NCBI GenBank assembly: GCA_019561615.1 | Contig: JAHEQA010000004.1 | Location: 42,867-106,866, forward strand | From: Methanothermococcus sp. SCGC AD-155-E23 | GTDB taxonomy: Archaea > AGJL01 > Methanococci > Methanococcales > Methanococcaceae | Direction: 5' to 3' | DNA length: 64,000 nucleotides | In this document: positions 10,075 through 20,400 of the stretch, one piece after another | Layout: every line of letters starts with the position of its first letter | Numbering within the stretch: position 1 is the stretch's first letter | Program-made: the position numbers and the translations under genes | Notes under the pieces: model-generated | Told to the model about the DNA's origin: nothing | What the model saw: the letters and a program-made list of their open reading frames with translations, nothing else | Databases searched by the model: none

Positions 10075-10806
10075 ATGATGTCAAAAAAAATTTCCATTAG
10101 AGAGTCCAACATCCTTATAAAGACTGAGAATAGGGTATACATAGAGATAGCCAGGAGTATACTTCTTCGGGAGAGGTTAATCCTCGAGCACTATATAAGG
10201 AGACATCCAGAGTTTTTAACAAGTTACGAACCCCTGGAGGTTGAGGAGGACGCTCCAAGGGTTGTTAAACTTATGGCGAGATCTGGGTGGAATGCTGACG
10301 TTGGTCCTATGGCGGCAGTTGCAGGATCTATCAGTCAGATAATTGTAGAGGAGGTCTCCAAATACGGATGTAGAAATATTATCTCCAACAACGGGGGAGA
10401 TATAGCACTAAGGTCAGAGGGGGATGTTGTTGTTGGATTATACGCTGGTAATTCACCACTCTCTGATGAGATTGGGTTTAAAATAGATGGAGAGACTGAG
10501 GGTTACGGTGTATGTACCTCCTCTGGAACTGTTGGTCACTCTGTAAGTTTTGGAAACGCCGATGCTGTAGTGGTCTTTGCAGAGGAGAGTAGTATTGCAG
10601 ATGGAGCTGCCACCAGTATAGGGAACTTTGCAGTTGGTTCTCCAGAGGAGGCTATAAACAAGTGCCTTGAAAGGGCAGAGTGCATAGAAGGTATTGATGG
10701 AGTCTTTGTTGTTGTTGGAGAGTATGCAGGTAAGGTAGGGAGGATCCCCAAGTTAGTTAAAACAGATAAAAAAGTTACATATGGAGAACTCTTTGAGATG
10801 ATTTAA
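10075..10806 (+). CDS. UPF0280 / ApbE-like protein
   Basis: VGPMAAVAG, NGGDIA, GVCTSSGTVGHSVSFG, ADGAAT motifs. Confidence 0.85.
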   Translation: MMSKKISIRESNILIKTENRVYIEIARSILLRERLILEHYIRRHPEFLTSYEPLEVEEDAPRVVKLMARSGWNADVGPMAAVAGSISQIIVEEVSKYGCRNIISNNGGDIALRSEGDVVVGLYAGNSPLSDEIGFKIDGETEGYGVCTSSGTVGHSVSFGNADAVVVFAEESSIADGAATSIGNFAVGSPEEAINKCLERAECIEGIDGVFVVVGEYAGKVGRIPKLVKTDKKVTYGELFEMI

Positions 10807-10822
10807 AAAAGTAAAAAAGAGA

Positions 10823-11299
10823 TTATTTAATTGGTACGAACATGGATCCTCTAGTTGCCCCTACTCCTGGAGCACCATGTTTAACGATCTGTCTAGTTAG
10901 GGCAAACTCTCCCAAGTATCTCCCAATAGCCTCCTCCACTATCTTTACCTCTTTAAACTCCTTCCCGTTATGTATTCCAATGGTTAGTCCCACCATCTCA
11001 GGTATGATTATGAAGTCCCTACAGTGGGTTCTTATTACCTTAGGCTCCTTACCTCTGTTCAACAACCTCCTGGCTCTTCTAATCTTCTTCAACAACTTTC
11101 TATGCTTTGGGTTGATACCCCTTGCCAAACTTCTCAGTAAACTTCTCCTCTGTCTTGCCGGAAGAAGTTCTGCAAATTTTTTTAATGGCATCTTCTGAAG
11201 CTCCTCTAAAGTATAACCTCTGTATCTAAACTCCCCTCTTCTCCTAAGAGTTTCCTCCTTTTTTTTTCTAGCCCTTCTTCCTCCAGCCTTTTTAGCCAT
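10823..11299 (-). CDS. rps19: 30S ribosomal protein S19
   Basis: [38 protein letters not shown]. Confidence 0.97.
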   Translation of the reverse strand: MAKKAGGRRARKKKEETLRRRGEFRYRGYTLEELQKMPLKKFAELLPARQRRSLLRSLARGINPKHRKLLKKIRRARRLLNRGKEPKVIRTHCRDFIIIPEMVGLTIGIHNGKEFKEVKIVEEAIGRYLGEFALTRQIVKHGAPGVGATRGSMFVPIK

Positions 11300-11320
11300 T
11301 TTTTCACCTTTTATATTTCT

Positions 11321-12046
11321 TTACTTCCTTCTTCCTGTCCTTCTAGCAGCGATATGTCCAACCTTTCTTCCTGGAGGTGCATTTCTTGCAGTTGTAGTAG
11401 GTCTACCTACGTGCTGGTGTCTACCTCCACCGTAGGGGTGGTCTACAGCGTTCATTGCCACCCCTCTTACCCTTGGCCATACTACAGCCTTAGCCTTCAT
11501 GGCGTGGTACTTCTTACCAGCCTTTGTAAAGGGCTTCTCCTTTCTACCTCCCCCTGCAACAACACCTATTGTAGCTCTACACATTGGATGTAGTGGCTTT
11601 ATCTGACCAGAAGGAAGTTTTACCATGGTTTTTTCACTGTCGTGGGCTATTATATAGGCGTAACTTCCTCCAGATCTAACTAACTTACCACCGTCCCCAG
11701 GTATGGTCTCTATGTTGTATACAGGGATACCCTCAGGTATATGACCTATTGGCAGTACATTTCCAGGTTTTATCTCTGCCTTTACCCCACACTCTATCCT
11801 ATCGTTAACCTTCATACCCTCAGGAACTAGCATCAACTTCTCTTCACCGTTTTCAAACTTTACAGTGGCCACAGGGGCACTTCTTCCAGGGTCATGGAGT
11901 ATGTCGGTTATCACTCCAACGATCTTATCATTCTTTTCTAAATCGTCAAACTTTCTATACTTAACTCTACCTCTCCTCTTGTGGGTAGGTGAGGTATACT
12001 TTGGAGTACCTCTACCTCTATTCTGAGATATTAACCTCTTTCCCAT
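11321..12046 (-). CDS. rpl2: 50S ribosomal protein L2
   Basis: MGKRLISQNRGRG, HDPGRSAP, RGVAMNAVDHPYGGG. Confidence 0.98.
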   Translation of the reverse strand: MGKRLISQNRGRGTPKYTSPTHKRRGRVKYRKFDDLEKNDKIVGVITDILHDPGRSAPVATVKFENGEEKLMLVPEGMKVNDRIECGVKAEIKPGNVLPIGHIPEGIPVYNIETIPGDGGKLVRSGGSYAYIIAHDSEKTMVKLPSGQIKPLHPMCRATIGVVAGGGRKEKPFTKAGKKYHAMKAKAVVWPRVRGVAMNAVDHPYGGGRHQHVGRPTTTARNAPPGRKVGHIAARRTGRRK

Positions 12047-12067
12047 ACTATCACCCTAAAAAATTAA

Positions 12068-12328
12068 TTAGTAGATACCTAGGTTAGCTGCAATCTCTCC
12101 GGCGTCGTATCCCTCCTTCAATTTAACATAGGCCTTTTTTCTCCCATCAGGTGTAATAAGTACATTCACCTTACTTACCTCCACGTTAAAGAGCTCCTCA
12201 ACAGCCCTCTTAATATCCCTCTTAGTAGCCCTCCTATCTACGTAGAATACCAACTTGTTCTCCTCCTCGATAAGTCTCATAGCCTTTTCACTTACTACAG
12301 GCATCTTGATAACGTCGAAGACATCCAT
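12068..12328 (-). CDS. rpl23: 50S ribosomal protein L23
   Basis: [23 protein letters not shown]. Confidence 0.97.
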   Translation of the reverse strand: MDVFDVIKMPVVSEKAMRLIEEENKLVFYVDRRATKRDIKRAVEELFNVEVSKVNVLITPDGRKKAYVKLKEGYDAGEIAANLGIY

Positions 12329-12337
12329 AAGACCACC

Positions 12338-13099
12338 TCAGTGGAACCTCTCCCTTAACTTCTCTATAGCCCCTTCAGTCCAAAGTGTTAACCTTCCAGC
12401 ATCTCCTCCAGGTGCTATATGGAGTATTCCTAAACTATCTGCAGTGATTACATCTACACCTGGTAGATTTCTACAGCCTTTTATAACATCGCAGAGATCA
12501 CTTACAACTACCAACACACTCTTAGGTTTCCTGTACCTTCTCCCTCTCATCTTACCCTTTCCAGCCCTGATCTTGATACCCTCCTTAGCCCTCTCAACGT
12601 CTTTATCTAGACCTAGACTTTTAAATACCTCAAATACCTCCTTGGTCTTTGAGAGACTTTCAAACTCATTCTCTACAACTAGTGGAAGGGAGGGTACGTC
12701 ATCTATAATATGTCCTCTACTTCTTACCAACTCAGGATTTGCAGAGGCTGCTATGGCACTCATTAACGCCTTAATCCTCTCCCTCTTATTTATCCTCTCA
12801 TGGAGTATCTTCTCTACCTTAGGGGGGTGGCACCTCCTACCTCCCACAGCCTGGGGTACAAAGGCAGCCCTACCCTCCCTAGTCCTTCTCACCCTTGCCA
12901 TTCCATGCCCCTTACCTATGGACTTTGCAGAGGTCCTTTTACCAGCCATAGGATCTACTCCCTTTGGTTGCAGCCTTGCAGTAAAGGCTGAGAGAAAGGC
13001 CCTCCTTATTAAGTCAGGTCTGTACTCTGTCTCAAATATCCCAGGTAACTCTATCTCCCCCTTCTCAGAGCCATCTAGTCCATATACCTTAGCTATCAT
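12338..13099 (-). CDS. rpl4: 50S ribosomal protein L4
   Basis: [40 protein letters not shown]. Confidence 0.97.
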   Translation of the reverse strand: MIAKVYGLDGSEKGEIELPGIFETEYRPDLIRRAFLSAFTARLQPKGVDPMAGKRTSAKSIGKGHGMARVRRTREGRAAFVPQAVGGRRCHPPKVEKILHERINKRERIKALMSAIAASANPELVRSRGHIIDDVPSLPLVVENEFESLSKTKEVFEVFKSLGLDKDVERAKEGIKIRAGKGKMRGRRYRKPKSVLVVVSDLCDVIKGCRNLPGVDVITADSLGILHIAPGGDAGRLTLWTEGAIEKLRERFH

Positions 13100-13123
13100 T
13101 TTAACACCCTAAAAAATTATTAT

Positions 13124-14125
13124 TTAGACACCCTGTTTAGATTCCCTACTTAGGTAGGTTATCTCAGGTAATCCAAACTTATCCTCTGGGCTCCTTATGG
13201 CACTTCTCAGTACTACCAGTCTCTTTGGAGGTCCCTGAACTGAACCTTGGAGGATTACATACTTGTTTTTAATAACTCCGTAGTGTAAGAATCCTCCCTT
13301 AGGAGTTACCTCCTCTCCGTTATCTCCAATCTTCAATATCCTCTTGTTGTACTCTGTCCTTTGATGGTACCCCATCTGTCCAGCCATGGGTACAGTCCAC
13401 ATAACCCTCTTGGGAGTCCATGGTCCTATGGAACCTACGTGCCTACCTACCCCCTGTCTCTGGTGCTTTCCAAACTGTATCTTTACACCCCATCTCTTAA
13501 CAGGTCCCTGGAAACCTTTACCCTTTGTAACTGCAATTGTATCTACAAATTCACCCTCTGAGAATACATCCCTTATAGAGATAGATTTTCCTAGGATCTC
13601 CTTGGCGTAGGAGAGTCTCTCGTTGAGGTTTTTACCACCGATTCTTATCTCCAGTATCTCAGGCTTCTTCTTTGGAAGACATGTATTTTTGGGGTTTGTA
13701 TGTACTATGGCCCTTACATCCTCTATCTTGTCCACAAGTTTGTCCAACTTATCCACATCGCACTCCCTGTTCTTTGGAAGGGTTATCTTTCTAGCTAACT
13801 CCTTATCCAGGTTATCAGCCCATACCTCAGTTAAGGTCTTTAAACCCCTTGTAGTTTTCTCGTAAACCCTAATCCCTGCAACGTTAATATCTGGAGCCTC
13901 CAAGATAGTTACAGGTGTGAATACCTCCTGTCCAGCATTTGGACTATTGGGGTTGTTCTCCTTAATGAGGGCATGTGTAGTACCTGCCTTGTAGACAGGG
14001 AAGGCCTGGAGCCTTACCCTCTCCTCATCTGGCCAGGATCTTATCTTTGGGACTGGTCTCTTAGCCCTCTTCCTAGGACTAAATGCTAGAGACCCTCTAC
14101 GAGGTCTATTTCTATTCATACCCAT
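13124..14125 (-). CDS. rpl3: 50S ribosomal protein L3
   Basis: [39 protein letters not shown]; start moved to ATG 14125 behind a GGAGG SD. Confidence 0.97.
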   Translation of the reverse strand: MGMNRNRPRRGSLAFSPRKRAKRPVPKIRSWPDEERVRLQAFPVYKAGTTHALIKENNPNSPNAGQEVFTPVTILEAPDINVAGIRVYEKTTRGLKTLTEVWADNLDKELARKITLPKNRECDVDKLDKLVDKIEDVRAIVHTNPKNTCLPKKKPEILEIRIGGKNLNERLSYAKEILGKSISIRDVFSEGEFVDTIAVTKGKGFQGPVKRWGVKIQFGKHQRQGVGRHVGSIGPWTPKRVMWTVPMAGQMGYHQRTEYNKRILKIGDNGEEVTPKGGFLHYGVIKNKYVILQGSVQGPPKRLVVLRSAIRSPEDKFGLPEITYLSRESKQGV

Positions 14126-14131
14126 AGGTAT

Positions 14132-14190
14132 AACCTCCAAAAATTGTTGATAAATTAATAAAAAATTGTCAACAGGTGTTTTTAGAGGTT
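14132..14190 (-). promoter_or_regulatory. 5' leader hairpin sequestering the rpl3 Shine-Dalgarno sequence (candidate r-protein leader)
   Basis: RNA AACCUCUAAAAA...UUUUUGGAGGUU 12-bp stem plus inner UGUUGA/UCAACA and AAUU/AAUU stems; TATA (TTTATATA) near 14239-14246 upstream on the minus strand. Confidence 0.5.
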
Positions 14191-14325
14191 GCAAAAAAGA
14201 CGGTGGTGATATCTTTAATGTTTAGGGAATTTTGTTCTATATAAATTTAACCCATAAAATATTAATAGCCTCTGACACCCATAAGAATAGATTTAAGTGT
14301 GGTATATAAAACTTTTGGTGAGATA

Positions 14326-14919
14326 ATGGAAAAAATAGACCTAATGGAGTACTTTGAAAAAAAGGACAGTACCAGGGAGGAGATACTTAAGATCTACAGG
14401 GAGATAGTGAGGGACTGTGCCATGAATATCCGCCATGTCCAAAAGATGAAGAGGGATGAGATATCCTTTGAGGTGGTGGATAAACTTAGAAAGCTGGAGG
14501 AGTTGACAAGTGAGTACTACGACTTTGGGAAGTATCTAAACCTACCTCAGCAGGAGTACGTGGAGTTCCAGGTGTTCTACAATATAGTATTTGAGAACAG
14601 ATACCTGGAGTACCACGAATTGGAGGTAGAGGTTAAACCTGAGAATTACATCCTAGGGATCTGTGATGTAGTGGGGGAGTTGAGAAGGATGGTGTTGGAG
14701 TCTATAAAAAATGACGACATTGAGAGTGCCGAGAGATACTACAGGTTCATGGAGAAGATATACGACGAGGTGATAAAGTACGACTACTACTATGTAATTG
14801 AGGGTCTAAGAAAGAAACAGGATATGTGTAGGGGTATCCTGGAAAGGACCTATGGAGACCTAGTTACCTTCGTGGAGAATTTGAAGTTGAGGAGGGAACT
14901 GGAGAAGGTGAGGAGTTAA
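14326..14919 (+). CDS. translin/TRAX family protein
   Basis: QQEYVE and YILGICDVVGELRR motifs; GGTGA RBS before ATG 14326. Confidence 0.8.
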   Translation: MEKIDLMEYFEKKDSTREEILKIYREIVRDCAMNIRHVQKMKRDEISFEVVDKLRKLEELTSEYYDFGKYLNLPQQEYVEFQVFYNIVFENRYLEYHELEVEVKPENYILGICDVVGELRRMVLESIKNDDIESAERYYRFMEKIYDEVIKYDYYYVIEGLRKKQDMCRGILERTYGDLVTFVENLKLRRELEKVRS

Positions 14920-14977
14920 TATTTTTTTATTGTAATGATACATTTAAATGAATGGATATAAAAGATAATAAAAAATA

Positions 14978-15055
14978 TGGTAGGGCAGCGGGGATTTGAA
15001 CCCCGGACCACTCGGTTATCAGCCGAGCACTCTAACCAGGCTGAGCTACTGCCCT
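14978..15055 (-). tRNA. tRNA-Ile(GAU)
   Basis: AGGGCAG...CTCGG CT GAT AA CCGAG...TTCAAAT...CTGCCCT A CCA cloverleaf. Confidence 0.96.
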
Positions 15056-15204
15056 ACATCCACTGGAACTGTGCATGATTTAATAAGTAGAAGTAGTATA
15101 TAAACTTTTTTATAATTGGTTAATTTAAATATTCAAAATTATCGAAATATAGCTTTTTATTAAGATTGGGGTTATCATTTTATTAAAAAGGTAGCGGTGT
15201 AAGG

Positions 15205-16380
15205 ATGATACTCTTTAAGGCCGACTACAGAAAGTACTCTGTTCCCCAGCTGGAGAGGTTGAGATTTAAGGAGGAGGACTTCTACAGGAGGTACAACCAC
15301 TGTGTACTACTACAGACCTGTAACAGGGTGGAGGTATACTTCGACCCAGAGGTTGAGAACCTAGAGGATCTAAAGGAGGACTTCAAAGACTTTGAATTGA
15401 TAGAGGGGGATGAGGCCATTCTCCACCTACTGAGGTTGGCTTCAGGACTTGAATCCATGATAGTTGGAGAGGATCAGATACTTGGCCAGATAAAAAAGAG
15501 CTACCACACTGCAAAGAGCTATGGAAAAACTACAAGGTATCTAGATACTGTCTTCCTTAAGAGCATCCATACAGGACAGAGGGTAAGGTCTGAAACTAAG
15601 ATTAACAGGGGGAAGGTATCCGTTGCAAGTGCCGCCATAGAACTCCTGGAGAAAACTGTGGGATTGGATAATAAAAATATCCTGGTGATAGGTGCTGGGG
15701 AGATAGGGACCCTGGTAGGTAAGGTACTCATAGAGAAGAAGATAAGAGCTATATTCGTTGCAAACAGAACATACGAGAGGGCTGAGAGACTGGCAAAGAA
15801 ACTGGGAGGGATGGCTGTACACTTTGACAAATTGAAGGAGGCCCTTAACTTCTGTGATATTATTATCTGTGCAACGGCATCACCCCACAAGATCCTGGAT
15901 AAGGAGATACTCAGGGATGTTAAAGGGGAGAAGATAATTGTAGATATTGCCAATCCAAGGGATGTAGATGACAACGTGAGGGAGCTTCCAAATGTTAAGC
16001 TGTACACCATAGACGACTTAAAACTTGTGGCCCAGGAGAACTTGGAGAGGAGAAAGAGGGAGATACCTGCTGTGGAGAGGATTATAGAGGAGGAGTTCTC
16101 CATCCTTAAAAGAAAGCTAGAAAAACTTAACCTTGAACATCTTATCAAGGACTATAGAAGTTATATAGAGGGGATAAGGAAGAGGGAGTTGGAGAAGGCC
16201 CTGAAAAAAATAAGATGTGGAAGGGATCCAGAGGAGGTTTTAATTAAGTTTTCAGAGGTGTTTGCAAAGAGGTTACTCCACGACTTCATAGAGGTTATAG
16301 AGAGGGATGGGATAGACAGGGATGTTTTAAGGGATATGGTCACCCTGTTAAAAAAGGGTAGTTATAAGGTGAAAAATTGA
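15205..16380 (+). CDS. hemA: glutamyl-tRNA reductase
   Basis: LQTCNRVE, GLESMIVGEDQILGQ, GAGEIG, DIANPRD. Confidence 0.96.
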   Translation: MILFKADYRKYSVPQLERLRFKEEDFYRRYNHCVLLQTCNRVEVYFDPEVENLEDLKEDFKDFELIEGDEAILHLLRLASGLESMIVGEDQILGQIKKSYHTAKSYGKTTRYLDTVFLKSIHTGQRVRSETKINRGKVSVASAAIELLEKTVGLDNKNILVIGAGEIGTLVGKVLIEKKIRAIFVANRTYERAERLAKKLGGMAVHFDKLKEALNFCDIIICATASPHKILDKEILRDVKGEKIIVDIANPRDVDDNVRELPNVKLYTIDDLKLVAQENLERRKREIPAVERIIEEEFSILKRKLEKLNLEHLIKDYRSYIEGIRKRELEKALKKIRCGRDPEEVLIKFSEVFAKRLLHDFIEVIERDGIDRDVLRDMVTLLKKGSYKVKN

Positions 16381-16913
16381 GGGATATAGAGAAGTTAAGG
16401 GAGAAGTTGATACACTTCTTAAAGGAGAGTGGATGTATTAAATTTGGGGACTTCCTCCTGTCCTCTGGAAGGAGGAGCAACTACTACGTAGATATTAAGA
16501 GGGCTGTTACAAATCCAGAGATATTAAAGATCATAGCAGAGATGATAGGACACTATATTAAGGGACTTGAGGGGAAAATTGGAGGGATTGAGTTAGGTTC
16601 TGTACCTATAGCCACTGCAGTATCCCTGGAGACAGGTAGGGAGCTGGTTATAATACGTAAAAAGCCCAAGGGCTATGGTACTGGAAAGATGGTGGAGGGG
16701 GAGTTAAGGGAGGGGGATAGAGTAATCCTCGTGGAAGATGTGACTACAACAGGGGGAAGTGTTATAAGGGCTGTAGAGGTGATCAGATCCCTGGGAGGGG
16801 TTGTAGATAAGGTGTTTGTAGTGGTGGATAGGGGAGAGGGGGCTAGGGAGAACTTGGGGAGAATTGGAGTTGAATTGATACCCCTGGTTACCGTGGATAA
16901 GTTGAAGGATTAA
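16377..16913 (+). CDS. pyrE: orotate phosphoribosyltransferase
   Basis: FGDFLLSSG, YYVDIK, VEDVTTTGGS. Confidence 0.95.
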   Translation: MRDIEKLREKLIHFLKESGCIKFGDFLLSSGRRSNYYVDIKRAVTNPEILKIIAEMIGHYIKGLEGKIGGIELGSVPIATAVSLETGRELVIIRKKPKGYGTGKMVEGELREGDRVILVEDVTTTGGSVIRAVEVIRSLGGVVDKVFVVVDRGEGARENLGRIGVELIPLVTVDKLKD

Positions 16914-16933
16914 TAATTCAATGAGGGCTCTCT

Positions 16934-17287
16934 ATGGAACCTTGGATCTTAAAGAAGAGAAGTAAATGCTACAACTGCGGCCAACTTGTAGACCATATAA
17001 TAGAGATCTACCCCAATCAGGTCTTTGTCAGGTGCTCCAACTGTAAAATTACCAGGTGCTATGTTATCAAGACCGTCTACATCGATAGAGGGGATGTAAT
17101 AGAGGAGGAGAAGGTTAAGAGATACCTTTACGATAACTGGTTGTTGGAGAAGGAGGCTGAATGCTCCAACTGTAAGAGACATACCTTCCACGATATTCTA
17201 ATTACAGTGGCAGGTGTATTCATACGATGTAGGAGTTGTAAATTCACAAGGTATTACAGGTTTTACGTGATATACAGGGAGGGGTAA
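16934..17287 (+). CDS. hypothetical protein with duplicated Zn-ribbon (4 CxxC)
   Basis: CYNC/CSNC and CSNC/CRSC in two homologous halves. Confidence 0.75.
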   Translation: MEPWILKKRSKCYNCGQLVDHIIEIYPNQVFVRCSNCKITRCYVIKTVYIDRGDVIEEEKVKRYLYDNWLLEKEAECSNCKRHTFHDILITVAGVFIRCRSCKFTRYYRFYVIYREG

Positions 17288-17294
17288 AGATAGT

Positions 17295-17392
17295 TGTGCG
17301 TTTTTGCACACAAAAACAAAGTATTTATATAGAAGTTCAAAGGCATAGTTATCACAAAGTAAGTTATATAAAATCTAAGATTAATAGTCTTA
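17295..17392 (+). promoter_or_regulatory. cdc48 promoter region with two TATA-like boxes and two palindromes
   Basis: TTTATATA 17324-17331, TTATATAA 17364-17371; palindromes TGTGC-N6-GCACA (17295-17310) and TAAGATTAATAGTCTTA (17376-17392). Confidence 0.5.
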
Positions 17393-17410
17393 TAATGTAT
17401 TTTTATTTGA

Positions 17411-19618
<2,208 letters not shown>

Positions 19619-19628
19619 TACCTCTTTT

Positions 19629-20312
19629 TTACCCTTCTAACATACTTTTAAACATTTTAAGTCCATCTGTGGAACCAAGTATTTTCTCCGAAGCTCTCTC
19701 GGGGTGGGGCATCAGTAGAACACAGTTACCCCTCTCGTTGCATACCCCAGCTATGTTATCTATGGAACCGTTGGGATTTGCATCCTCTGTTATCTCCCCA
19801 TCTTCGTTACAGTACTTAAATACAATCATCTTTTTCCTGTACATCTCCTGAAGACCATCTTCGTCTATGTAGAACCTTCCCTCCCTATGGGCTATAGGCA
19901 TCCTTATAACCTCTCCTTTTTTATACCCCCTTGTAAAGGGTGTTTTGTTGTTCTCCACTCTAAGGTAGACCCACTTGCATATAAATCTCCAGTTGATATT
20001 GTTTGTCATTGCACCCTTTGAAAATCCAGCTTCCAATCCAATCTGGGCACCGTTACATATACCTAAAACTGGTTTTCCCATATCAATCATCTTTCTCAGT
20101 CCCTCTATTACAGGGGTCCTTGCACCTATGGCACCGGCCCTGAGGTAGTCTCCATAGGAGAAACCTCCAGGGATAACTGCACCGTCAAATCTACTTAGAT
20201 CCCTCTCAGTAAACCATACAATCTCTGGATTCCCCCCTGCCAGTTTGATACTACGGGAGACATCCTCCTCACAGTTGGTACCTAGGAACTTTATCACAGC
20301 TATATTCTTCAT
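19629..20312 (-). CDS. purQ: phosphoribosylformylglycinamidine synthase subunit PurQ
   Basis: GTNCE, PGGFSYGDYLRAG, GICNG, MPHPER. Confidence 0.96.
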   Translation of the reverse strand: MKNIAVIKFLGTNCEEDVSRSIKLAGGNPEIVWFTERDLSRFDGAVIPGGFSYGDYLRAGAIGARTPVIEGLRKMIDMGKPVLGICNGAQIGLEAGFSKGAMTNNINWRFICKWVYLRVENNKTPFTRGYKKGEVIRMPIAHREGRFYIDEDGLQEMYRKKMIVFKYCNEDGEITEDANPNGSIDNIAGVCNERGNCVLLMPHPERASEKILGSTDGLKMFKSMLEG

Positions 20313-20400
20313 CCTCTCACACCTTTAAGATATTATACCCCTAAATATTATAAGTAGGCTTGAAATAAAAATAACTATCACAATTAACGACGGGATAGCT

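Noticed and set aside
1692-15055. Integrated element at tRNA-Trp, Ile, Ala or Phe
   Set aside because: No integrase, no duplicated tRNA 3' end seen, and the flanking genes are housekeeping
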